Below, piece after piece: positions 18,300-25,644 of a stretch of 64,000 nt of DNA. This DNA comes from an uncultured Rhodobacterales bacterium (lineage in GTDB: Bacteria > Pseudomonadota > Alphaproteobacteria > Rhodospirillales > Rhodospirillaceae), in contig CAZNUW010000008.1 in the NCBI GenBank assembly GCA_964576515.1, positions 36,307-100,306 on the forward strand. Reading direction: 5' to 3'. The notes under the pieces were generated by a model that had not been told where the DNA came from, searched no databases, and saw nothing but the letters and a program-made list of their open reading frames with translations. The position numbers and the translations under genes were made by a program. Every line of letters begins with the position of its first letter. Position 1 is the first letter of the stretch.

Positions 18300-18325
18300 G
18301 GCCCGCAGCGATGCGGGCCTTTTTC
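18300..18325. terminator. bidirectional intrinsic terminator between pckG and the cytochrome c gene
   Basis: GGCCCGCA-gcga-TGCGGGCC flanked by AAAAAA and TTTTT. Confidence 0.7.
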
Positions 18326-18345
18326 ATGTCTGCCTTGCGGCAGGA

Positions 18346-18720
18346 TTATTCCTTGGTCGCCTCGACCACGTAAGCGACGATATTCGCGCGCACGTCCGGG
18401 TTGGCAACGCCGACGAACGGCATCTTGGTGCCTTTCACGTATTCCATCGGCTTCACGAGGTACTTCTCCAATTCCTCGGCCGACCAGGTGATCGGGGCGT
18501 TTTTCATGGCGTTGGAGTAGGCGTAGTCGGTCCGGTTGGTTCCCGACTTCTTGCCGATGACGCCGTGCAGGTTGGGGCCGATCTTGTTCGGGCCGCCTTT
18601 TTCAACTGTATGGCAGGCCCCGCACGGCGCGAACTGCTTCTTACCCGCCACGGGGTCGCCCGCAGCCTGCGCCGCCATCGGCAGTAGCAGCATCGACGCC
18701 AAAATCAGTGCCTTACGCAT
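18346..18720 (-). CDS. class I c-type cytochrome (c2/c550-like)
   Basis: Signal peptide, CGACH heme motif, distal KMPF Met ligand region. Confidence 0.9.
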   Translation of the reverse strand: MRKALILASMLLLPMAAQAAGDPVAGKKQFAPCGACHTVEKGGPNKIGPNLHGVIGKKSGTNRTDYAYSNAMKNAPITWSAEELEKYLVKPMEYVKGTKMPFVGVANPDVRANIVAYVVEATKE

Positions 18721-18884
18721 GAATCTATTCCCTCTTTGCCTGTCTCTGGGCGTGTTACGGGCTTGATTTAAGCGCCCTCCGGAACCGCCGAATAACGCGG
18801 AACAGGTCCGTCGGGCAAGCCCCCTCGTGGTAACGCATAACGCCTTGAGAAAGTGGCGAATTTCGGCCAGCCCGGCGCCGCGGG

Positions 18885-18910
18885 CGAACAATTCGGCGTG
18901 AGGACACGTT
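18885..18910 (+). promoter_or_regulatory. EcfG-like promoter candidate (G)CGAAC-N17-CGTT
   Basis: -35 matches 4 of 5 and -10 matches 4 of 4, about 35 nt upstream of the EncFtn-like ATG. Confidence 0.35.
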
Positions 18911-18944
18911 CCTTTCGCATCCCCCTCGCGGAAAGGTTTGAAAA

Positions 18945-19262
18945 ATGGCCAGCGACCACCTCCATGCGCCGCGTGAGCGGCTGAGCAAACAGACCCTCGC
19001 CATGCACCAGGCGATCTCGTCCCTGATGGAGGAGTTGGAGGCCGTCGACTGGTATCGCCAGCGCGCGGACGACTGCGACGACGCCAGCCTGAAGGCGATC
19101 CTGCTTCACAACATGAAGGAGGAAATCGAACACGCGGCCATGGCGCTCGAATGGCTGCGGCGCAACAGCACGGACTTCGACAAGGAGCTGAAAGCGTATC
19201 TGTTCACCGAGGGCGATATCGTCGCCCGGGAACACAAGCCCCCTGCCGAGGATGCCGGTTAG
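18945..19262 (+). CDS. encapsulated-ferritin-like (EncFtn family) protein, no encapsulin partner in window
   Basis: MEELEAVDWY and KEEIEHAAMALEWLRR motifs as in the Rhodospirillum rubrum EncFtn ferroxidase centre. The C-terminus ...AREHKPPAEDAG lacks a GSL-type cargo-loading peptide. Confidence 0.75.
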   Translation: MASDHLHAPRERLSKQTLAMHQAISSLMEELEAVDWYRQRADDCDDASLKAILLHNMKEEIEHAAMALEWLRRNSTDFDKELKAYLFTEGDIVAREHKPPAEDAG

Positions 19263-19813
19263 GCGCCGTAAGAGATTTCCAGAACGTCGAGAGTCTCGTC
19301 GCCTGCGGGCGTCCGCAGTTTCACCGTATCGCCTTCGCGCGCCTTGATGAGCGCACGGGCGATAGGCGAGACCCAGCTCACCAGCGACCCATCGTCGATC
19401 CCCGCCGCTTCGTCGAGACCGACGATCTTGATGGTATTCTCGACGCCCTTGGAGGTCGCGTAGGTGACAGTCGCGCCGAAGAACACCTGCGTCAGCGCCT
19501 TCTGACGCGCCGGATCGACAAGTTCCGCGTTCTCCCGGCGTTTGGTGAGATACCGCACACGCCGGTCGATCTCGCGCAGACGCCGCTTGCCGTAAATATA
19601 ATCGCCGTTTTCGGAGCGGTCGCCGTTGCCGGCGGCCCAGGAGACGATCTCGACGATCTTCGGACGCTCGACGCGCAGGAGCTGATGGAGTTCGTCATCC
19701 AGAAGTTTTAAACCGCGCGGCGTCACGTAATTTTTCACGCCGATCGGAAGCGTATCGGCTTCCTCGGGGAGATCGTCGTCCGTTTCCGTTTCTTTGGTGA
19801 ATGCCTTGCTCAT
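19259..19813 (-). CDS. GreA/GreB family transcription elongation factor
   Basis: Coiled-coil region with NGDRSENGDY and a C-terminal FKBP-like domain (SP.ARAL.....GD.V). Its 3' end overlaps the EncFtn-like gene by 4 nt (convergent). Confidence 0.8.
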   Translation of the reverse strand: MSKAFTKETETDDDLPEEADTLPIGVKNYVTPRGLKLLDDELHQLLRVERPKIVEIVSWAAGNGDRSENGDYIYGKRRLREIDRRVRYLTKRRENAELVDPARQKALTQVFFGATVTYATSKGVENTIKIVGLDEAAGIDDGSLVSWVSPIARALIKAREGDTVKLRTPAGDETLDVLEISYGA

Positions 19814-19856
19814 CGCGGCCTCGTCTGCCGCGGGTATAGGTGCGCGGCGCGTTCAG

Positions 19857-20255
19857 TTATTTCTTGCCGTTGCCCATGGCGAGGCCGGCGAGCAGCGCGG
19901 ACAGGATCGCGGTCCCCTTGTGCTTCGCGAACATATCCTTCAAGTCAGCCAAGCCATCGTCGTCGTCACTGGAAATCTGTTGTTGGCGGTTCGGCTGCTG
20001 TAGGGTCGCGCGCGCCACGAGCGCAAATAATCCGCTGAGCGCTGCGAACAGAACCCCCATCACTAAGGCGGCGGCATCGCCGCCGATCCGGGGTATCAAG
20101 AAGAGCCACAGCGCGGCCGCCAGAGCGCCAAGCGACGTAACGCCGCACAAGCCCGCGAGCACAAGCCATTTCGCCGCGCCCGACACACGGCTGACGCGCT
20201 GTGTCAGCCGCATCTCGGCGAGCATCATCAAGGCCATCTTGATGAGCTTTTCCAT
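19857..20255 (-). CDS. phage-holin-family / YqjE-like membrane protein
   Basis: Two to three TM helices. Positioned directly downstream of a DUF883 gene, as in the E. coli yqjD-yqjE pair. Confidence 0.6.
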   Translation of the reverse strand: MEKLIKMALMMLAEMRLTQRVSRVSGAAKWLVLAGLCGVTSLGALAAALWLFLIPRIGGDAAALVMGVLFAALSGLFALVARATLQQPNRQQQISSDDDDGLADLKDMFAKHKGTAILSALLAGLAMGNGKK

Positions 20256-20278
20256 GGAAGGCCCCTGTACGTTCTCTG

Positions 20279-20602
20279 CTACTTCGAGCGGAAGAATACT
20301 TTTGAGATGACGAAGCCCGCAGCAAAGGCCATCAAGAGGCTTGCGATCGGCTGATCGTCCACCTGACGTTCCATCGCGGCAAGCGATTTGCGTCCGCGCT
20401 TCTGCATGTCCTTGTAGAGATCCGCGGCATCATCCTGAAGGTCGTCGGCCATATCGCGCGCGCTATCGAGTGCGTCATCGAGCGACAGTTTCTTGACGTG
20501 GGCGATCGCCTTTTGCACGTCCTTCTTCAGCGCGGCGAGGTCGTCGATGATCGCCTCGATATCCGCGCCACTCACATTTTCAAGTTTTTTGCGCAAATCC
20601 AT
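20279..20602 (-). CDS. DUF883 (ElaB/YqjD/YgaM-like) tail-anchored stress protein
   Basis: Charged helical N-terminal part and C-terminal anchor PIASLLMAFAAGFVISKVF. Start MDLRKK at 20602. Confidence 0.75.
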   Translation of the reverse strand: MDLRKKLENVSGADIEAIIDDLAALKKDVQKAIAHVKKLSLDDALDSARDMADDLQDDAADLYKDMQKRGRKSLAAMERQVDDQPIASLLMAFAAGFVISKVFFRSK

Positions 20603-20760
20603 AGTGAAAGCCCTTCCCACAGGAGGTGTGACGATACGAGAGCCGAATGCCCGACACGTAAAGCCCGACACGTAAAGATAGTTCCGATTTACCGCGAAAT
20701 ATAACGCATTCAACGGTTCGCACGTCTTCCGGTTGCTGTTCTCCGTGTAATCCGCCCTTC

Positions 20761-20785
20761 GGAACTCTTCATAGTGGCGTTCGTT
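20761..20785 (+). promoter_or_regulatory. EcfG-type promoter GGAAC-N16-CGTT (consensus)
   Basis: Exact motif, with the -10 lying 37 nt upstream of the DUF3309 ATG. Confidence 0.6.
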
Positions 20786-20821
20786 ACATCAGGACAAGCG
20801 AGCAAAAAAAGGAAAAGAACC

Positions 20822-20977
20822 ATGCTCAGCACGATCCTGCTTATTCTGCTCATCGCCCTTCTGATCGGTGCGTTGCCAAGCTGGCCGTACAGCCGAGGTT
20901 GGGGTTACTACCCCAGCGGCGCATTCTCCATTCTACTCATCGTCGTCGTGGTCTTGCTACTTGCCGGTCGTATCTGA
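20822..20977 (+). CDS. DUF3309 family small membrane protein
   Basis: 51 aa, ..LLIGALPSWPYSRGWGYYPSG... motif. Confidence 0.7.
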   Translation: MLSTILLILLIALLIGALPSWPYSRGWGYYPSGAFSILLIVVVVLLLAGRI

Positions 20978-21000
20978 ACGGAATTCCCCTAACCAAAGGT

Positions 21001-21037
21001 AAAACCCCGCGAGGCGATCGGCCTCCGCGGGGTTTTG
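21001..21037. terminator. bidirectional terminator between the DUF3309 gene and sodB
   Basis: AAAACCCCGCG...CGCGGGGTTTTG hairpin. Confidence 0.6.
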
Positions 21038-21075
21038 CTTGTAGGTCCTGCGCCTATAAGCGACTAGATGTGGTG

Positions 21076-21696
21076 TCAGGCCTTCGCGAAGTTCTGTGAC
21101 GCAAAATCCCAGTTCAGCAGTTTTTCGACCACAGCATCGACGTGGTCCTTCCGCACATTCTGATAGTCGAGATAGTAGGCGTGTTCCCATACGTCGACCG
21201 TCAGGAGGCAGGCCACGCCGTGAGCCTTCGGCGTATCCGCATCGCCTGTATCTTTCACCTTCAACGTCCCGCCCTCGTACACAAGCCAAGCCCATCCGCT
21301 ACCGAAATGGTCCGTGGCCTTCTGCTTGAGTTCTTTCTTGAGGGCGTCAAGGGAACCGAAATCCCGCTCTATCGCCTTCTGCAGATCCGCGGACGGCGTC
21401 GTTTTCGACGGCGACAGGCTATTCCAATAAAACGTGTGATTCCAAATCTGCGCCGCATTATTGAAAATCTTTCTGTTGTCCTCGTCACCGCAGGTTTCGG
21501 CGACGATATCTTCAAGCGACATTTCGGCGAAGGGCGTGCCCTTCACCAAATCATTGAGCTTGTCGACATACCCTTTGTGATGCTTGCCATAATGAAACTG
21601 GAGCGTCTTGGCGGAGATCACTGGAGCAAGCGCGTCCTCAGCGTACGGAAGGGGCGGAAGCGTGAAAGGACTTGAGGTCGCGTCTTTAGGCACCAT
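21076..21696 (-). CDS. sodB: Fe/Mn-family superoxide dismutase (Fe-type likely)
   Basis: LPPLPY....L.P.IS..T..FHYGKHH..YV and DVWEHAYYLDYQN motifs. Confidence 0.95.
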   Translation of the reverse strand: MVPKDATSSPFTLPPLPYAEDALAPVISAKTLQFHYGKHHKGYVDKLNDLVKGTPFAEMSLEDIVAETCGDEDNRKIFNNAAQIWNHTFYWNSLSPSKTTPSADLQKAIERDFGSLDALKKELKQKATDHFGSGWAWLVYEGGTLKVKDTGDADTPKAHGVACLLTVDVWEHAYYLDYQNVRKDHVDAVVEKLLNWDFASQNFAKA

Positions 21697-21749
21697 GAAA
21701 CTTCTCCTTGAAACAACTTAAAGGGCGCCACTCATACACGAGAATGACG

Positions 21750-21782
21750 AAAAACGAAAACGGCGGCCGCAAGGCCGCCGTT
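21750..21782 (-). terminator. intrinsic terminator after the DUF1328 gene
   Basis: 10-bp stem AACGGCGGCC/GGCCGCCGTT followed, on the minus strand, by TTCGTTTTTCG. Confidence 0.6.
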
Positions 21783-21804
21783 CGCGCAAAAAACAGGCTC
21801 AATT

Positions 21805-21987
21805 CTAGATGGGAGGCGGCGGCGCCTTACCGCGCACCAAGTGGAGCACCAACGTCACCAGGAACACCAAGAGGAACAGGAAGAACAGGATCTGAGCGAT
21901 CCCGGCCGACGCCGAGGCCAACCCGCCGAAACCGAGCACACCGGCGATGATGGCGACGACAAGAAATACGAGTGCCCAACTCAGCAT
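21805..21987 (-). CDS. DUF1328 (UPF0391/YtjA-like) small membrane protein
   Basis: [34 protein letters not shown] pattern. Confidence 0.8.
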   Translation of the reverse strand: MLSWALVFLVVAIIAGVLGFGGLASASAGIAQILFFLFLLVFLVTLVLHLVRGKAPPPPI

Positions 21988-22058
21988 ATCGATTCTCCTT
22001 TTACATCATATTCATGCACGTGAACGCTGCGATCTGCGTGCACGACCCGCGAACGCGC

Positions 22059-22208
22059 TTAGTTGCGACGCGCGTCTTCGGAAGCATCATCGATCGCGTC
22101 GCCGGCCGAGCGGACGTCTTCGCCAACACCTTCAACGGTGTTGCAGGCCGCGAGGCTCAACGAAAAGACGGTGGCGAGAATGGCGAACAGAGTGGTGGTC
22201 GCTTTCAT
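22059..22208 (-). CDS. entericidin EcnA/B-family lipoprotein
   Basis: 49 aa, lipobox LAAC, NTVEGVGEDV..AG..I. A weak EcfG-like motif GGAAC-N17-AGTT lies at 22272-22297. Confidence 0.7.
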   Translation of the reverse strand: MKATTTLFAILATVFSLSLAACNTVEGVGEDVRSAGDAIDDASEDARRN

Positions 22209-22355
22209 AGCACTATTCCCTTGATGTATAATTCGAAGCACCAATTGCCTTCGACGTAACTCGGACTCATAAACTCGGGAGTACGGCGAGAAGTTCCACG
22301 CTGTTACGTGAGTGCGGATGTTTTTCGCCCGCCGCGTGTGGCGAAATTGAGGCAC

Positions 22356-22385
22356 AAAAAAACCGCCCGCGGGCTTCGCGGGCGG
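22356..22385 (-). terminator. intrinsic terminator after phyR
   Basis: CCGCCCGCG-ggctt-CGCGGGCGG, followed on the minus strand by TTTTTTT. Confidence 0.7.
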
Positions 22386-22411
22386 TTTGTGGCGAAAAAC
22401 AAAAGGCGCTT

Positions 22412-23200
22412 TTAGGCGTCGGGCTGGTCTTCCGCCAGTAACAAGGCCTGGGCGATTGTGGCCTTCACGCTATCGGCCATGAACGGCTTGGTGACAAGGA
22501 ATGTCGGTTCCGGCCGCTCACCGGTGAGAAGGCGTTCCGGATAGGCGGTGATGAAAATCACCGGTGCATCCACCTGCTCAAGAATGTCGCTGACCGCGTC
22601 GATCCCTGAACTGTTGTCTGCGAGCTGGATGTCCGCGAGGATAAGACCCGGACGCCACTTTCCCACGGCGTTGACGGCTTCCTTGCGTGTACGCACCACG
22701 GCGAACACGTTATGACCCATCTCCTCAACGATATTGGAAAGGTCGAGCGAGATGATAGGCTCGTCCTCGATAATAAGAACCGACGTGGGGCTTTGCGCGA
22801 CGAGGTCGTACAAGGCTTCTTTCACCATCCGGCCGATTTCGTCCGGCGTACGATCAAGGATTTGCGCCGCCTCGGATTGGGTGAAATCCTCCATCGCGGT
22901 AAGAAGCAGCGCCTGACGCCGCGCGACACCCAGCGCGTCAAGTTTGTCGCGGAACTTATCGCTCCCCTCACCCACCGCCGTCAAACCGCGCGCAGGCCGG
23001 GTCCCGGACCAAATCACATGAAAGATCCGATACAGCGCCACGCGCGGATGCATATCGCGGTGATACCTGTCCGGAGACTCCACTATGGCCTCCAGGGTCG
23101 CGCGCACATAGGCGTCACCACTGGCCTGCGAGCCGGCGAGCGCCCGCGCATAACGGCGCAGGAACGGAAGGTGGGAAGCGATTTCGTGGGACAGCGACAT
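22412..23200 (-). CDS. phyR: PhyR anti-anti-sigma response regulator (sigma-like domain plus receiver)
   Basis: N-terminal ECF-sigma-like domain (HLPFLRRYARAL.G....D.YV...LE) and C-terminal receiver (VLIIEDEP.I......, ILADIQL, KPF). Confidence 0.9.
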   Translation of the reverse strand: MSLSHEIASHLPFLRRYARALAGSQASGDAYVRATLEAIVESPDRYHRDMHPRVALYRIFHVIWSGTRPARGLTAVGEGSDKFRDKLDALGVARRQALLLTAMEDFTQSEAAQILDRTPDEIGRMVKEALYDLVAQSPTSVLIIEDEPIISLDLSNIVEEMGHNVFAVVRTRKEAVNAVGKWRPGLILADIQLADNSSGIDAVSDILEQVDAPVIFITAYPERLLTGERPEPTFLVTKPFMADSVKATIAQALLLAEDQPDA

Positions 23201-23245
23201 GATGGCTAGATCCTATTGTATCCCCGCGAACGCCGGGCACGCGCC

Positions 23246-23271
23246 AACGACGCCAAGGGGGACAAAGTTAA
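23246..23271 (-). promoter_or_regulatory. EcfG-like promoter candidate TTAAC-N17-CGTT upstream of phyR
   Basis: -10 is exact and the -35 keeps the AAC core. About 45 nt upstream of the phyR ATG. Confidence 0.4.
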
Positions 23272-23452
23272 ACAGGGCACCCGACATAAGGCTAGTTCAT
23301 TTTCGAGACATGAAGGAAGCGTCCGGCGGACGAGCAAGCGCTATGAAACGCATAAAGAGGAAGCATACGGCGACGGCGAGAAGGGCGATTTGAGATCACA
23401 TGAAGTGGCTGACCGTGGCCTGCCCCAGCGGCTGGGGCGTTCGCGGCGAACT

Positions 23453-23494
23453 GAAAAAGAAGAAGCGCCGCGAACCTGGAAGAGCCCGCGGCGC
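23453..23494 (-). terminator. intrinsic terminator after the Gln-rich ORF
   Basis: 8-bp stem GCGCCGCG/CGCGGCGC, followed on the minus strand by TTCTTCTTTTTC. Confidence 0.55.
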
Positions 23495-23505
23495 CCGAAA
23501 AGGCA

Positions 23506-23715
23506 TTATCGCTGCTGTTGATCGCGCCCCTGCTGTCCCTGCTGATTTTGCTGCGACTGCTGGCGATCCTGCTGATTCTGCTGACCTTGCTGGCGTTGCC
23601 GGTCATGCTGACCCTGTTGATTCTGCTGGCGCTGAGAGTCCTGCTGACTGTGCTGGCTCTGCTGATTTTGCTGGCCTTGCTGACGCTGCTGGTCCTGTCT
23701 GGATTTGTCCGTCAT
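23506..23715 (-). CDS. 69-aa glutamine-rich (36 of 69 Gln) low-complexity protein
   Basis: ATG preceded by AGAGGAA at about 7 nt. It has its own consensus EcfG promoter and its own terminator. No hydrophobic residue after Met1. RQQGQQNQQ-type repeats. Confidence 0.6.
   Translation of the reverse strand: MTDKSRQDQQRQQGQQNQQSQHSQQDSQRQQNQQGQHDRQRQQGQQNQQDRQQSQQNQQGQQGRDQQQR
23510..23700. repeat. CAG/CAA (CTG/TTG on plus strand) low-complexity repeat tract
   Basis: Runs of ctgctg / ttgctg with recurring units ctgctgattctgctg and ctgctgattttgctg. Confidence 0.8.
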
Positions 23716-23785
23716 GTCACCGTTCCTCTTTTTTATGAAGACTGCGTGGGCTCGACGTGCAGGGAATAGTTATCCCCTAACGCAG

Positions 23786-23810
23786 AACGGTAGAGGCGGC
23801 GGTTAGTTCC
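23786..23810 (-). promoter_or_regulatory. EcfG-type promoter GGAAC-N16-CGTT (consensus) for the Gln-rich ORF
   Basis: The plus strand reads AACG-N16-GTTCC. The -10 lies about 70 nt upstream of the ATG at 23715. Confidence 0.6.
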
Positions 23811-23858
23811 CGCCTCCATCGGCTTTTTTTATTCTCATGAGGGGAGTGAATGAGAGCC

Positions 23859-24158
23859 CTAGTGGGGGGTGGATCCGGCCTTCGTGGGCGGCGCCGGGGC
23901 GTCCGCGCGCGGCCCCTTATTCTCATCGTCAAGGGCCAAGAGGGCGCTCACGATGGACCCCAGGTGTCCATTCTCGCCCGAAGTCATATTCTCTTCCTCG
24001 GCGACCGCCATCAGGCGGGCGTCGACCTCCCACTGGCGCAGGATCTCCAGCTTCGCCTGACGCGAAAGCCCCGGATAAGTCAGAACGTCCTTCGGATGTT
24101 CAAAAAACTTGCTGGGATTGACCTTCGCCTCGGCGATATTCAGTTGCGTTTGGGCCAT
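23859..24158 (-). CDS. small conserved-looking hypothetical protein (GSR-linked)
   Basis: 99 aa from MAQTQLNIAEAK..., acidic core LSRQAKLEILRQWEVDARLMAVAEEENM. Consensus EcfG promoter immediately upstream. Confidence 0.55.
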   Translation of the reverse strand: MAQTQLNIAEAKVNPSKFFEHPKDVLTYPGLSRQAKLEILRQWEVDARLMAVAEEENMTSGENGHLGSIVSALLALDDENKGPRADAPAPPTKAGSTPH

Positions 24159-24191
24159 ATCGTCACCACATGTCGTTTCCGTGGGACGGGA

Positions 24192-24217
24192 AACGCCGTC
24201 CCTTCCGGCAAAGTTCC
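24192..24217 (-). promoter_or_regulatory. EcfG-type promoter GGAAC-N17-CGTT (consensus)
   Basis: The plus strand reads AACG-N17-GTTCC, about 35 nt upstream of the ATG at 24158. Confidence 0.6.
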
Positions 24218-24316
24218 GGTTGTGGAAAAATCTCGCGGGAGCCCCCTTCGGATTGACGCTCGGGTTCGCATCAAAACCTCCGTTCCTAAAAATCCAAGAG
24301 TTTGAAGAGTTTCCCC

Positions 24317-24341
24317 GAAACACTTTCTACTTGGCGGCGTT
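24317..24341 (+). promoter_or_regulatory. EcfG-type promoter GAAAC-N16-CGTT upstream of the ECF sigma gene (autoregulation)
   Basis: One mismatch in the -35. The -10 lies 37 nt upstream of the ATG at 24378. Confidence 0.55.
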
Positions 24342-24377
24342 GTAACTACTATCGGGGTTCAAATTCAGGGACGGGCT

Positions 24378-24932
24378 ATGGCTAACGAATTCCACCAGAT
24401 GCTGCTTGAGCACCTTCCGCGTCTGCAAGCCTACGCGATCATGCTGACCCGCGACCGCGCCCAGGCCGAAGACCTGCTTCAAGAAACATCCCTGCGCGCC
24501 CTGCGCGCGCAAAGCCAGTTCATGATGGGGACCAACTTCACGGCGTGGATCTATAAAATCCTGCGCAACGAGTACATCAGTTCGCTGCGGCGGAAGAAAC
24601 GCCAACCGGTTCAAATCGAGGATATGCCGGCTGAATTCCTATCGCGCAAAGGCGAACAGGAGAACGACGTTCTATCCCGCGAAATCATCCAGGCGATGGA
24701 CAAGCTTCAGCATGGCCAACGCGAGGTTCTGATCCTGATCTGCGCGAGCGGCCTCAGCTACGAAGAAGCCGCCGAGGCGCTCGGTTGTTCGGTCGGCACG
24801 ATCAAAAGCCGCTTGTGGCGCGCCCGCGCTCGTATGGCGTCGCTCATCATGGGCGACGAAGACACCAAATCCGGGAGAGGCCGTGATTTCATCGAGCCGC
24901 CCCGCGAGATGGCCAGTTCCGCATTCCTGTAG
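24378..24932 (+). CDS. ecfG: ECF sigma factor, EcfG (ECF15)-like
   Basis: Region 2 (DL.QET.L.A......F..GTNF.AW.Y.ILRN.YIS..RR) and region 4 (QREVL.L....G.SYEE.A..LG...GT.KSR. RAR). Located in a phyR/nepR context. Confidence 0.85.
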   Translation: MANEFHQMLLEHLPRLQAYAIMLTRDRAQAEDLLQETSLRALRAQSQFMMGTNFTAWIYKILRNEYISSLRRKKRQPVQIEDMPAEFLSRKGEQENDVLSREIIQAMDKLQHGQREVLILICASGLSYEEAAEALGCSVGTIKSRLWRARARMASLIMGDEDTKSGRGRDFIEPPREMASSAFL

Positions 24933-25063
24933 ATTGTCCCCTCCTCTGCGCCCGCTTACTATGTCTCGAGCCGAAGGCATCACGCCGCCCACACAAGCCG
25001 CCCTGCCACTAAGCCGCGCAGTTTTCAGTCCCCTTGATTTCCAGAAGTTGCTTTCGACCACTC

Positions 25064-25264
25064 ATGAGTGAGAAATCAAAATCAAAGCCTGACGCCACCG
25101 CGGCTTCACTTCGCCCACAAGCGAAGTTCAATCCCGCATTCGATTCATGGCTGGAAACGAAATTGCACAAGATATTCGATTCCGTCGCCTCCGAACCGCT
25201 GCCGCAAGATCTGGTGAAGCTGCTGGACGATATCGATCAGGCGGAAAAGAAAAAGAAGGGTTAG
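25064..25264 (+). CDS. nepR: NepR-family anti-sigma factor
   Basis: 66 aa with the motif L..K L.KIFDSVASEPLPQDLVKLLDDI, matching the NepR core (..V..EP.P..f..LL..l). Confidence 0.6.
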   Translation: MSEKSKSKPDATAASLRPQAKFNPAFDSWLETKLHKIFDSVASEPLPQDLVKLLDDIDQAEKKKKG

Positions 25265-25283
25265 AGTCCTATTCCACGCAAGC

Positions 25284-25318
25284 AAAAAGCCGGCGCGCAT
25301 TTCCGTGCCGGCTTTTTA
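25284..25318. terminator. bidirectional terminator between nepR and the convergent small gene
   Basis: AAAAAGCCGGC...GCCGGCTTTTT. Confidence 0.65.
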
Positions 25319-25338
25319 CTATGTTGATGTGAGTATCC

Positions 25339-25551
25339 CTACGCGGGCTTGTGAGGCGCGGCGGGGCGCTTGCCTTTCTCTTCCGCGCGCACCAGTTCGC
25401 CGGCTTCATCGCCGTCGAGGCTCCTCTTCGCGGCCTGGGCCGCGGGATTCACGCGTCCCGACTTCACGAATTTCTCTGTCGCATCGTTATACTGTTTGGC
25501 AGCCGTCCGACTGCCCTCACCTTCATTCCGGGTACCCTGGTTCTGCGCCAT
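25339..25551 (-). CDS. small hydrophilic stress-type protein
   Basis: 70 aa, NEGEGSRTAAKQYN..T.KFV.SG motif, no hydrophobic segment. An EcfG-like promoter lies upstream. Confidence 0.55.
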   Translation of the reverse strand: MAQNQGTRNEGEGSRTAAKQYNDATEKFVKSGRVNPAAQAAKRSLDGDEAGELVRAEEKGKRPAAPHKPA

Positions 25552-25584
25552 CGATCCATCTCCACCATTGAACTATCGAGATAG

Positions 25585-25609
25585 AACGCGGCGCGGGCGA
25601 CTTTGGTCC
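25585..25609 (-). promoter_or_regulatory. EcfG-like promoter GGACC-N16-CGTT
   Basis: One mismatch in the -35, about 35 nt upstream of the ATG at 25551. Confidence 0.45.
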
Positions 25610-25644
25610 GCCGCGCCTCCGGTAAAAGCTACATAGCCTCGCGC

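Noticed and set aside
16423-18327. 634-aa minus-strand ORF antisense to pckG
   Set aside because: Same high-GC antisense artefact. The plus frame carries the GTP-PEPCK signatures.
23199-23521. Plus-strand ORFs (64 aa and 101 aa) divergent from phyR, considered as the expected nepR position
   Set aside because: Neither contains the NepR core motif (..V..EP.P..f..LL). Both are highly basic junk-like sequences. The NepR-like ORF is at 25064-25264 instead.
23518-23769. 83-aa Leu-rich ORF (and ORF 23400-23738) on the plus strand across the repeat tract
   Set aside because: It is the antisense reading of the CAG/CAA tract (CTG = Leu). It has no RBS or promoter. The minus-strand Gln-rich frame has a promoter, an RBS and a terminator.
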